Assembly: GCA_951406725.2 (NCBI GenBank)
Contig: OX597820.1
Coordinates: 85,870,001 to 85,934,000 of the forward strand
Length of the DNA stretch: 64,000 nt
DNA from: Octopus vulgaris
Taxonomy: Eukaryota
Reading direction: 5' to 3'
Shown piece by piece: positions 25,909 through 38,303 of this stretch (the first letter of the stretch is position 1; every line of letters starts with the position of its first letter). A program made the translations under genes and the position numbers. The notes beneath the pieces are model-generated. The model had not been told where the DNA came from and made no database searches. It was given only the letters and a program-made list of their open reading frames with translations.

Positions 25909-27479
25909 GCAGAAAGAGACAGATAGATAAACAGACAGAGAGGAGAGATAGCCATACATATAAAAACATACACATGTAGAGATAGATCGAACCAGAAATA
26001 TTTACGCATATTCGTACACATACATCTATGCATATAATGATCTGTTCATGAATTCTTTCAAATACAGGTATATTATATTTCTGAGTTTGACATTTATATA
26101 CTTACCTAAAAATACAAATTCATACATGTTCGTAACATTCTTACGTGCGAGTGCGTACATGTGGGGTGTGCGCATACATATAAATAAGTGTATCAGTAAT
26201 AATGTGTTTACATACATGCATACACACATATACATGCACACACACACATACACACTCACATATACATACATATATGTGAATGTGTATATTATATATGTAT
26301 ATATACATATGCATACATACACACACACATACACACACACACACATATATATATGTGTGTATATATATAAATATACATACATACATACGCACATGTTTTG
26401 TGTCTGTATGTAACAAAAGTTCAAATATCATCGTCACCATCTCTATCGTCTTAACGTTATGTTCATTTTCAATGCTGGCATGGTTTGGATATCCATTCAT
26501 CTATTCATACATACATACATGCATATGTATGTGTATGTATGTATGTATGTATGTATGTGTGTGTCTGTATTGAAATTGTTAAGAGATTTCACAAGAATAA
26601 ATTTATATTGGAAATAGTTTGGTAGCTTCCCACAAGCTCATGTTTGTATATGAACGTAGACAAACATGAGCTGATAATAAACAACCTTTTTACGATTTTC
26701 CCTCTATGTCAATTTAGCTATTACACAACTCACCAACAACGCATCAACAAAGAAACATCAGTCACAAACAAACGTCGACCATGTTCAATACTTGTGGAAT
26801 AGGATGGGAGACAACTGCAGCCACGGTTTCTGCAACCATTGCTAAAGTTTCTATGAAAAATACTATAAGTTAGTCTGATAAAATTTGCAGTTACTGATAT
26901 TCTTGTTTTAGCCGCTATTGTTAGTCATGCCACATGCTTCTTTCCCTGATACTCTTGCTGCCACTAGGAACCAGGCTTAATCAGAAGGAAAAGAAGAAAG
27001 GGCACAATAGGATTTTAGTGAAATAAAGCATGTGAATCTCCAGAATTATTATCATGGAAGGTTGATCGCATTAAATTTATTCCAATTTATTTTATCTTTT
27101 ATTTCAGCCTAACTAAAATCTAAAATGATTGAATTCGGAGCAAATTTTGACAAAAACGTGAACACTTTCTTGCAATTATCCATTATGAAGTTGTCATGTC
27201 ACTTCCTTCTTTTTATTATATAAAAGAAAAGAAGATCTGGAAAGAAAAGGACAGCTGTTGAAAATTGTTTCTGGCTGAAACGTTTCTTTAATGCAGCTGG
27301 TGGTCAATTTTACTGCAGCAAACTGGATGTAGAAATATAGAAAAAAATGTTGTGAAAATCTATGGCCTAGAGTAATACGCGTGCTTGTACAGGCATTGTA
27401 TTATGGTATTATGGTACACATATATGTAGATCTCTTTCTCTCTCTCTCGTTTTCAATCTCTCCTTCTGTATCTGTGTAT

Positions 27480-28852
27480 ATATCTATATCATATATATAA
27501 AAATTATATTTATATAATTTCACTACTCTCAACAACAAGGATTGTCTCCCTTTGATCTCTATTCGTGATTGACCCTGTTGTCGTGTGGATTCCAGAACGC
27601 GCAGAAAATTCTTGAAATGTAAATAGAGTCCGAAGATTTCCGCCTGAAGTTAAGGATGTTCCTTCGGTCGATGGAGTCTATTAATACCCTCGTCCGTTTA
27701 GCTATGCACTATTTAAAACGCGTGGTCCCATTTATGTAGGGGCCCCGAATGTCTTGGATCTTCCATGATATTACGCATGGAGTTCCGTCGTATTTCAGCC
27801 ACCATACATGGCTGGCTAAGGCCTTAGCATTTCTTCTCTCCAGGATCCTGTAAGCGGATCTGTCGTTGGAGTGGCGCTGCTTGAACGTGTTACCGGAACA
27901 TCCGATATATCTCCGTATGCAGTTGGAGATGCTGTTTCTGGTTATGCTGACACTGCTCCTACCGCTGTTGATTTGCTGGTATTGTAGTTTTTGGCGTCGT
28001 TAATGCTGGCCTTGGTATTAGTACTGGCTCCGGTGCCGTTTATGCTGGTGTAAGGGACATCATCGGTGGTGGTGCTGCTGTTGGTGCTGTTGATGCTACT
28101 GCAGCCAACATCGTTAGTGTTGTTGGAGCTGTTATCGGCAATAAAAGAATGAGTGATTCTGTCGCTGTTGGTATTGTTACGAATGGCGACGGTACTGCTG
28201 CCATTTCTGTTCGGGTTGCACCCGTTGCTGTTATTGTTGTCGCTAGTGATCTTGCTGCTGGTATTTCTGTTTGGGTTGCTACTGTTGCTATTGGCACTGT
28301 CATCCCTGCTATTCATAGACGACCCCCTTGGTTTCGCAATGCCCTCCCACTGGGCGACTGTTGTAGTCTCTGTATGAGCATCCGACCTCCTCTCGTGGAC
28401 CAGCGGTGTTAACTAGAATGCGCTTAATATTCGGGGCGCAGCTAAAAGAGATCCCTAAGTTGTATCTATTGAAAATGCGTCTGTACCTATGCGAACTCGT
28501 TAAGTGTTTATCTACTAGGGAGCAGGGCGTAGTGAGGATTATGATAATTCTGAAGTACTTCCTTCAGCGGTTGTTAGATCGCAGCATGTAAGAGATGCGA
28601 TCCCTAAACCCGCAGCAGCTAGTACTTCATTATAGTAGGAGGTCCTCTTCGCTAAAGGACACGTTCGTGATCCTCTTGCTGACACCTTTCACCAGGTTTT
28701 GAACATGGGTGCGTGGGTTTTAGGAGGCTGTGTTGATATATGTCAGCGTTTTATTTGGCATGCGGTAGAGCTTGTATGTACCGGAACCTAAGTCAAGTGT
28801 GACGTCTAACAAGTCTGCGGTATTGAGATTGGTCTAGATTGTAATTTTCCAA
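27480..28852 (-). mobile_element. Decayed Penelope-like element: RT thumb, linker and GIY-YIG endonuclease
   Basis: The minus strand reads KITI*TNLNTADLLDVTLDLGSGTYKLYRMPN, LVDKHLTSSHRYRRIFNRYNLGISFSCAPNIKRIL, CSYRDYNSRPVGGHCETKGVVYE and RRYIGCSGNTFKQRHSNDRSAYR...ALASHVW. Confidence 0.88.
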
Positions 28853-28973
28853 CACAGGAATAAACAGAGGGAGAGAATAAAAAAAGGTTTATGTACTTAA
28901 TTGTTCTCATGACTTAGTGTTTGCTTCTTCCATGGGTATTAAGTAAGTATTTCATTTATTCCTTTGCCGCATT

Positions 28974-29027
28974 TATCACTGATGAAGAGAAGGTTCTTAT
29001 GAATTAACTCTGAAATCAGGTCCGATA
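28974..29027 (+). ncRNA. Type I hammerhead ribozyme-like motif in a probable inverted pseudo-LTR
   Basis: UAUCA-CUGAUGA-AGAG...CUCU-GAAA-UCAGG-UC-CGAUA. It has a canonical core, a GUC site and 4 of 5 stem I pairs, but stem III is degenerate. Confidence 0.65.
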
Positions 29028-29574
29028 TGGTAATAACGAATTTTATTTAGAAATTTATGTCGGCTTTCTTCAAGACACGTACTTATAGTGATAAATTATA
29101 TGGTTATTGACGAAGTGTCTATTTTCGGCATATTTGACACTAGAATTTATTTATTTTGCCCTTGTTTATAGGTTGTTTATAAATTTAACCCTTAATGGTA
29201 TTTTTTAATATGACGGCTATTGATACAATTTTTTTCGAAAAATGTTATCCTATATTAGATGTATATATCTATATATTCACGAATATAGTGACAGTGAAGA
29301 TTTATAAGACTTTCCGAAAATTCTCCATCTGAGATTCTTGGTGAACGCATCGACAGTTCAATCAACACACAAACACAACCACATATTTACAAATACCGGG
29401 AACGCTCTTAACTCAAAAGCTTTGGTCGTTTTGTAAGCAACCGGCTTGAACTCTCTCAACAACTCCATTAAACTCAAAGAAAATTATACATACATGCATA
29501 CATATACGCATGCATACACATATACATACATACAAATACACATGCATACATACATACATACATACATACATACA

Positions 29575-29607
<33 letters not shown>

Positions 29608-30513
29608 GTGTCCTGCGAATAATGTTCCATTCAGAATTGCTACAATCCATCAATTCAGATGTTTAAAGATCTCCTTCAGAGAACTCTACAGAACCACAAA
29701 TCATAAAACAACTTTATATATAGTCTACAGCCTCTTTCCTGAAAATATAGGGTCCGATTTCGGAGATCTTCAACCACAAATTTTTGCCTTGGTACACAAA
29801 TACCCACACCCAAATACATGCATCAGTGAATATGTATATTTCTGTGTGAATATAGACATATTAAGTAACAATATAAGGATTCAATTAACCCGGTACTACT
29901 CATAAAAAATGTTCCTTAATGTTTGAGTCTACAAAACATAGAGTACATAGTACGCCACGAGAGAAAACGATATGGAGTGTATAAAGTCATACCTGACAAA
30001 GAAATATTTTGATGAAATACTATTTAACAATAAGAAAATTAATTCTAATATCACATTAATGCAAGAATGTAAGTATTTATTTATTATGAAATATAATAAT
30101 ATAAATTATTAATATGTTTTTTTAAGTTACGAAAGAATGTGTTGTGATATTAGAATTTTCTTATTGCTAGATAAATTTCATCAATCTATCTCTGACATTT
30201 ATGATTTTATATACATTCATACATACATAGATACATATACACATAAATGTGTGTGTGTGTGTGTCTATATAAATATTTATACATATATGTATGTATGTAT
30301 ATATATATATATATATATGCATATGTAATGATATAAATAATATATAAATATCTGCATATATACATACCTTCATATTTATGTATATATACATGCATATATG
30401 GGTACAGGACATAAAAAAAGAACGTTGAACACAATGAGAAACAAAAACATAATAACAAAAACGACCTTTTTTCCAAACAACGAAAAAAACAGAGTACAAG
30501 ACATACAATACAA

Positions 30514-30596
30514 GAAATATTCCTCTTCTTCAGTTGTCCCCGTTTCATCTAATCCTCGAAGGTAAGGACAAAATGCGATTTCGTTGAAACATTCCT
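30514..30596 (-). ncRNA. Permuted (type II-like) hammerhead candidate within an A-rich repeat (about 30400-30830)
   Basis: Minus strand: GGAAUGUUUC-AAC-GAAA-UCGCA-UU-UUGUCC-(26 nt)-GGACAA-CUGAAGA-AGA-GGAAUAUUUC. Confidence 0.4.
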
Positions 30597-30857
30597 TCCC
30601 GCAAAGAAAATTAAATAAAGTTTGGTATTTTTTGCGTAGGGTAAAAATGGTAAAAAGAATAGGACAGTAAAAGCAAAACATTAAAAACAGTAAAAGACAG
30701 AACAATGAGAATAAAACAGTAAAAACAAACGATGAGGGATGCTAGCCAGGATGATGGAAAAATTATGCTTCTGAACGTTTAAGGAGACAGCTTATCAAAG
30801 AGACAGGATAAATAGGTCTGGTCTATATATATATATACATATATATATGTATATATA

Positions 30858-31502
30858 AACTCTTCTGTTTACTCTTACTGGTTTCAGCCTAACGCTGAGG
30901 CCATGCTGGAGCACCGCCTTGTTTTGTTTTGCGGTACTGTTTTTGGTGAAGAAGCATGTTGGACGATGCTGATCTTCTTTGTGCCTCATGCCTCGATGTG
31001 GTCCTATCTGGGATTTCAGAGAGAAATTTGTCCGTGTGATTTTTGAATACTTCCATATCTACTGCTTGAAGATTTCGTAGGTTCCTTGGCAGGATGTTAA
31101 ACAGTAGTGGTCCTTTGAAACTCAAGCTATTGCAATGCTGGAGCCTTATCTGAGGTGAAGACGATACCTTTGGCAGTATGCAGTGCCGTCCAGTTCACTT
31201 GTTGGTAGAGTTTTTATTTCCAAAGTTGAGAGTTAGACCATCGGGTATCTTCCATATGTATATCGCTGCATACTTTTCTCGCCTTCTCTCTGGCGAGTAG
31301 AGCTTCTGATCTCGTAGCCTCTCCCAGTTGTTCATCTGATTGATCGAGCCAATCTTCTTTATGTAGTGGCGCTGGATTGACTCGAGTTCCGCCACCAGTT
31401 AGACGCTCCGCAGCGAACATATTTGGGAGCAGTAATCCATGCAACTGAGCACAAATATCCTCCATAGGAATAGCAAGGTACCCTTATTTCTTGTTCTCTA
31501 GG
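30858..31502 (-). mobile_element. CR1/L2-group LINE 3' end (decayed ORF2 C-terminus plus 3' tail)
   Basis: TRNKGTLLFLWRIFVLSCMDYCSQ, ELESIQRHYIKKI...WERLRDQKLYSPERRREKYAAIYIWKI and SFKGPLLFNILPRNLRNL...FKNHTDKFLSEIPD. The tail reads ggcggtgctccagcatggcc...gaaac...(gagtaa). Confidence 0.88.
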
Positions 31503-32674
31503 CTCACCCACTTGCCAGTTTCGCAGTGAAAAGGTGATGACAATCTGGAATTGCTAATTCAATACTACGGCTATCCTCTTGGGGTCTGAGTTAGCAAGCC
31601 TTCCGTCTTCTTCAAACAGTGGCCCTATCTGATGGTGCACTGAGACAGACTCTTCCACGATATTTAGTTTTATATTTTCCACTGCCCTGATTTCTGTTTC
31701 TATTCTTTGCTTTTCATGGAAGAGTCTGAGTATATTTTCGATCTTTAAAAGTTGCTCTTCTACGAGGGATTTTTCGCTGTGAATTTTTATTTTATTTAAG
31801 GGATTGGAGATCTTTATTCTCTTTCACTAATTTGAAAAAGCATAAAATATTACTTGAATAAATGCAGAAATCTATGCGCATATTAACTTTTCGCCGTTTT
31901 TCTGATGGAAGCACAATGACAACTTACTTCCCTTTTCCTATGTAAGTGTTACATAACGTAAAATTATATACATCATAGATATTGCGAATTGACAGTAACT
32001 TAATCTAAGCATCTAAAACTATTCGTTATCAGCTCTTACTAGAAAAGAATTGTCTTTGTAGCATATTTATCGGAATAAAATTTAAATATTACACCGAAAA
32101 GGATGTAACTGCTCGTGTTGCCTCCCTTGCACAGGCGTTTTGTGTCGTCTGCTACTGCTTGTCGTCTCATGCTAATTCCAACAATAAAAGTCTGAAGCCT
32201 ATGATGTCATGTAGTTTATATTAATTTTACAGAACATTAGAAGAACGATCTTATGAAAAATAAGTAATATAGTTTCAATTTTGTTTCTATAATTTTTAAG
32301 GGAAGCATTTTTTCTCTTTTCTAACTTTTCTTTTTCCAAAGAAAATATTTCCCTCGGCGTTCACTATTTCCCCTTCGTTCAAGTCTAACGACTTTCCATG
32401 TTTGTTTTCGTTCAGTTTCCCTGTATGTATCTCCACTGTCCTGCTTTTGTTCCTAACTTTGACGCTCCAGAAAACCCAAAACTTAATTTTGGTATTTCAA
32501 GGCGCAATTGGTGCTGATTGCTCGAAATGGGGGTGAGGTGGATAAACAGTAAAAGGTCATTCTTTGTATTGCATGTCATTTTTTCCCTCGATTTTTGCGT
32601 ATTTAACTCACTTGTTTTCGTATTTCATGTTGCTTGCTGTTGGGGACGTCTTGTACCTATATATGCATATATGT

Positions 32675-33415
32675 ATAACGAAACATTGGTTTATAGAGCA
32701 AACATTAAACTTGAGGCAACGATTTTATATATAACAACATAGCTCAAACATTTAATCATATATAGATATCACCATGGTTCTTAAACTCAGAAAAAATACA
32801 TATACATAAAAACACAGATGGTAAAAATATATATTCGTATAAAATAAAATAAAATACAAATAGAACACCCTATCAAAAAGTAAATAAAAATGACTAAAAA
32901 TGCGTAAACTACCAAAAGACTAATAGACAAAGATAAAATAAAAGTGCATCGACTATTAAAGTTTTATCAAACGATAAAAATTTTTTTTTAATTTTTGAAA
33001 AAAAGTTATTTTATTCCACTCACACATGTACTTCCAAAGTTCATAAATAAACAGACTTCCACAGGTCAAATTCACATACATCAATGACCATTTCGGAAGC
33101 TCTCCACCGCGATTCAATTACACTAAGGTACATCACGGAGATGACCCCTTCATCAGGAGGAACATGTCTATTAGTTTTTTGTTAGTTTACGAATTTTTAG
33201 TCGTTTGTATTTACTTTTTTAGTAGGCCATTCCATTTGTATTTTAATTTATTTTATTCGAGTATATATATTTACCTTCTATGCTTTTATGTATACATATT
33301 TTTATGAGCTTAAGAATCATGGTGATATTTATATGTGATTAAATGTTTGAGGTATGTTATATATAAAGTCGTTGACTCAAATCCAGTGTTTGTTCTATAA
33401 CCAATGTTTCTTTAT
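32675..33415. repeat. Long inverted repeat: arms about 32675-32929 and 33165-33415, spacer about 235 bp
   Basis: The reverse complement of the right arm (gaaacattggttatag...ctcaaacatttaatca...atatcaccatgattcttaa...gactaaaaattcgtaaact...ctaatagaca) aligns end to end with the left arm, roughly 80% identical by eye. Confidence 0.9.
33082..33160 (-). ncRNA. Hammerhead-like motif with long stem II in the inverted-repeat spacer
   Basis: Minus strand: CUGAUGA-AGGGGUCAUCUCCGUGAU...AUCGCGGUGGAGAGCUUCC-GAAA-UGG-UC. Stem II pairs through UCUC/GAGA and CGUGAU/AUCGCG. Stems I and III are poor. Confidence 0.45.
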
Positions 33416-33474
33416 CTTCGTCTCATTTACATTGAGCAATGTAAAAAGAGACAAATATTATTTCTTGCTGTGTG

Positions 33475-33510
<36 letters not shown>

Positions 33511-34139
33511 TGCATGTTTGTTTCTTGCTCTTGAACTGTACAATCGTGATTATACCACAAAATCATATGTGTGTCTCGCTTGTTTAAAATCTTTGAATTC
33601 TTTACATTTGTGGTTATTATGTGCCGTAGGTACTCAATGTTCCATTGACTCTTATTCATAAGTACACAATTTTTCTATTAAGAAATAAACACGAATATAC
33701 ACAACATTTTAAAAGGATCTTTTCTATTTTGCAGCCATTTTTCGATTTCTTCAATTTTCTTCCATTTGATTTCAAATTTGATGTATTTGTGTACTTCTGC
33801 ATGCCTATTATTGAAATAAAATTCATTTTCGCCATAAACCAATAAATAAACAGTTAACAGCTTTTTAAGTTTAAAGATTGTGGTTAAATTTAGCCAATCG
33901 AAATCCACATACACATTGGTGCCTTTTTCCATAGTTTCAAGACAAGCTTGTTTGTAGCTTACTTACCCATATGTTAAGTCTCGTGTTGTTTACTTCGTAT
34001 TTACAAACTGATATACAACTCTGTGTTTTCCTGCTTGTACTGATTTGTTGCTGTGTTTGGATATTATACGTTGCATTTTCGGATATTTTATCTTGTGTGC
34101 GTTGTCTTTATTTTCTCTGCTCCAACAAACATTTTAATA

Positions 34140-35338
34140 AATAGTATGACCGCGGCCAGCTCATGTAACATTTCATATATCAGGGAGACACTAGAAACAG
34201 GGTAGGATGCTGTTTCTTATTTGCAAAAGAAGGTTTCCATCTCTGGGAGAAAATTATGCAAGATAAAGAGCATTTATATGAACAAAAAAATTCGATATGT
34301 GAATATTTAATGGCGGTTCTCCCGCGAAGACCGCAAAAACTACAAAACAGGTGCTGTTTTTGCGTTTTGAGGTCATTTTCCGCTTATTAAACTTTTAAAA
34401 CACGTTATATTATCGCAATGTTTACATTATTGTTTTGTCATCTTACGATTGCAGTCACCCACAAAATTATCAAACTTTAAATCTCTGTAACTTTTTGTAT
34501 TTTTTTTTTTTTTTTGGTACAAGTGAATTTGACTGATATTCTGCATGAAAAACTACTGAATTTTGAAACTTCTCATTTAATTTCAAAATTTCACAAAAGG
34601 CAGCCAAAAAGAAAAAGATTCTTTTAACACCAGACTTTGCAATATTGTAGTGTACATAATATCATTTTCGATTCTAATACAACATTCCACAAAACATATA
34701 TTTTGTTTACAATTTGAAGATGTTATTTTCTGTTGTCACCCATATTTCCTTTTTGGCGGAATTCTGGTTTAAACACCCCTCCTCGTAACTTATTTCATTT
34801 CGGGGAATTTTCAGAAATATTTTGCTCATTTGTGTTCTACGCACAGGAATTCATACGGTAATTTTTATTTTTTTTTTATTTTTAGACCTCACCCTTACCA
34901 TAAATCCTAAAAGTACCACTCTTTTTCGAATTTTGTTTTTTTAATCAGAGTTTAAAATACGGCCTGTTCCGATTCTTTGATTATATCCCAGCAATGGAGA
35001 AAACTTGGGTACATCATCATTTCAGTAAATGTGTTTATGAGGAAAAAAATAATTTTAAAAAACCCATCAATATATAGTGATCGTGAGTAGTGCTAAAAAT
35101 AAAGCTAAAGCGCTCTTAAATCATACGCAAAAAATGCGTTTTTCATAATCGCTTGACTTACCGTGTGTCAAACACAAATTCGCGAAAATTTTCTGAAAAT
35201 TCCAAAAAATAAAAAAAAACGTTATGAAGGGTGATATAGGGTGCTTAAACCAGAAATGCGCCACCTGTTTTCCGGGGGTGAAGGTTGGCACAAACTAAGG
35301 AAAATCAACTTCAATACCTTTATCGATTTCGGTATGAT

Positions 35339-35341
<3 letters not shown>
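34140..35341. mobile_element. Unclassified putative non-autonomous DNA element
   Basis: Block of A/T-run-rich complex sequence with short palindromes (gcggttctcccgcgaagaccgc near 34312; atacc...ggtat near 35314-35335), ending abruptly at (TA)n. Confidence 0.3.
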
Positions 35342-35384
<43 letters not shown>

Positions 35385-35596
35385 GGCATGTGTATGTATG
35401 TATGTATGTATGTAGGTAGGTAGGTAGGTAGGTAGGTAGGTAGGTAGGTAGGTAGGTAGGTAGGTAGGTAGGTTGGTTGGTTGGTAGGCAGGCAGGCAGG
35501 CATATAGGTTGGTAGGTAGGTACGAAGGAACGAAGGAACGAAGGAACGAAGGAACGAAGGAACGAAGGAAGGAAGACAGGCATGCATGCAGGCAAG
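35342..35596. repeat. Compound microsatellite (TA)-(TATG)-(TAGG)-(TTGG)-(CAGG)-(ACGAAGGA)n
   Basis: Directly visible. Confidence 0.95.
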
Positions 35597-36469
35597 CAGA
35601 ATGAATAACTAAGAAATTCATCGCAACTACAATCCTTCGTTCGAAAGGAGTGCGTGATGTGTTGTAAAACTGACATCATAGTTTCCTTTTCACCAAAATT
35701 AATGAGTGAAATTTGATGGACTATCTGGTAGATTCTATCTAAAAATTATGCTAAGGTTAGACGTGATAGTGGAATACGCAAACATTTCGTTTGACATTGA
35801 ATGGGCAAGTCATTTAATAAGTAGAATATTTGGCCGCTCCTAGTTTTAGATAGATGCTTTGTTCTGAGTGTTTGTACATACGTATGTGTATATACACATA
35901 TAAAGGTGTGCGTTTGTATGTAAGAATTGATATATATATCGCACAAGGAAGGAAAAAATTGGGTTCTAAATACGAAATATAACCATACATTATATGTATT
36001 CGAATTTGAATTGAATATTCTTTGCACCGGATTTCATGATCTTAATCTGCGGGCAAATGTCAAACGCAGAACAACGGAACCAGTATATAGAAATACACAG
36101 GGGAATACTCAAGAATATTAGAGAAAACATTGAAAGCATTTAGAGTCACTCGAATGATGCCATCAAAATCATTGCTACTTTAGCTCTTTTTGGACGGACT
36201 AGATAACATATTGCATATACTTTTGTCTTACACACAAAACTGAAATCATAGAAGAAGGAATGGCCGATTGCATCGATTCCAGTGCATCACTCGTTCTTAA
36301 TTTCCCGACTCCAGAATGAATAAAATATATTTGAATTGAACACAGAACTTAAAAAAGAAGAACCCAAAACACCGTCTGTTTCTCTGCCGTGTGCAAATTT
36401 AAAGTAAGTTCATGATTATATTATACTGGAGAAAGATATATTTATGTATTTGTTTCCTGTAAAAACTGT

Positions 36470-36879
36470 GCAGGAGTGGCTGTGTGGTAAGTAGCTTGCT
36501 AACCAAACACATGGTTCCGGATTCAGTCCCACTGCGTGCCATCTTGGGCAAGTGTCTTCTGCTATAGCCCCGGCCGACCAATGCCTTGTGAGTGGATTTG
36601 GTAGACGGAAACTGAAAGAAGCCTGACTTATATATGTATATACATATATATGTGTATGTGTGTGTGTTTGTGTGTCTGTCCCCCTAGCATTGCTTGACAA
36701 CCGATGCTGGTGTGTTTACGTGCCCGTCACTTAGCGGTTCGGCAAAAAGAGACCGATAGAATAACTACTGGGCTTACAAAGAATAGGTCCCGGGGTCAAT
36801 TTGCTCGACTAAAGGCGGTGCTCCAGCATGGCCGCAGTCAAATGACTGAAACAAGTAAAGGAGTAAAAGAGTAAAAGAG
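36470..36879 (+). mobile_element. Full-length tRNA-derived SINE, family A (internal microsatellite, LINE-derived tail)
   Basis: A-box-like tggctgtgtggt, B-box-like gattcagtcc, CORE-like cttgggcaagtgtctt, central (TA)/(TG) tract, and tail ggcggtgctccagcatggccgcagtcaaatgactgaaac-(gagtaaaa)n. Several copies occur in the window. Confidence 0.92.
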
Positions 36880-37278
36880 AGGTATTTTCTTAGAAACTGA
36901 CAAATTGTAGAAATGACTGTAGTGTGTCATACAAAACAATCAAAAGAAATAAACGTTCTGTTTTACAGTTTCGAAAACAAAAAAATACAATTGCGCATAA
37001 ACAGAAACACCAGCAGCAACAAAAACAGCTATAAGAAACACAGGAACATGAGTCTATATCGTACCACGCGATTTTCATAATTTGGTTTTAGAAAGTAGGT
37101 AGGTATAAGAATGTATAAGTATTTGACATAAATATTTTTTCACTGGAGATGCAGCCTGCAGTGAAATAATTGCAGGTGACACCTTTTGACTGAAAGGTGT
37201 TGCCTGTAATTTGATAGAAGAAATAAGAGTGAAATGTGACAAAACTTACGAATCTGCACTAATTTCATGAGTGTAAAC

Positions 37279-37330
<52 letters not shown>

Positions 37331-38210
37331 TATATATAAATATATATATACAAAAATATATATGTATACATATATATATATGTTTACACACACACATACA
37401 CACATATATATATATGTTTACACGCACACACACATACACACATATATATATATGCACATATTTGTGAGTGTGTCTGTGTCCCTTTCCGTATGTACGTTTG
37501 TTTTTATGTATAGTGATGTATATGAACAGAATAAGTGAAACAGTAACCTGAAGTTTAATGTTTCATTACAATACTTCATTTTATTTTATTTTACATAAAC
37601 AGGTTGCCACTTACTTCGAAAACTTGGCTATGTAATATTGAATGGTCAACAATTTAATTTGGTTTTCCAAGCTTTGTGCATAATCATATTGGAATATCAG
37701 TGTATGTGTGTTGTAAAAGTACTTGTAAAACAAATGTCATACTCAGAGGAAAATATGCTTAGAGGAAACCCGTTAACATGAATTATAAAACTCGACCTTT
37801 CTCTGACCTGTTCTCTTATACAAATATACTGTACTGCACCTACGTCAACATACATTAACAAAACATTAATTCCTGTCACTAAACCTAACCCGAAATACCT
37901 AATTAGTTTTAACATAGCTTCCCAATCAAGCCACCGAGTGTGACCTGACAGTGTCAACAGTATTTTGAACATGTTAATGTGTCAACATTGAAATATTTTA
38001 ATTTGTCAACATTGAAACTTTTAAAGATACTTTTCTAATTAATAATTTTAAACTTGTACTATTCTTAAACAAAAAATATTGTTGAAACTAGTTTGGTATA
38101 TATGTAAATAAATGTATTTTAAACAATTATGGATTTTTGAACTTTAGGTGCATTTTCAACAACACATTTCCCAATTTTTTTCCTGCGTGTAAACACCAGT
38201 CTCTTTTGTC

Positions 38211-38262
<52 letters not shown>

Positions 38263-38303
38263 TCGCGAATTTATTACATATTAATTTTCTCTCACCTTTC
38301 TCT

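Noticed and set aside
36470-36545. tRNA-like A/B boxes
   Set aside because: This is the head of a multicopy SINE with no complete cloverleaf, not a tRNA gene.
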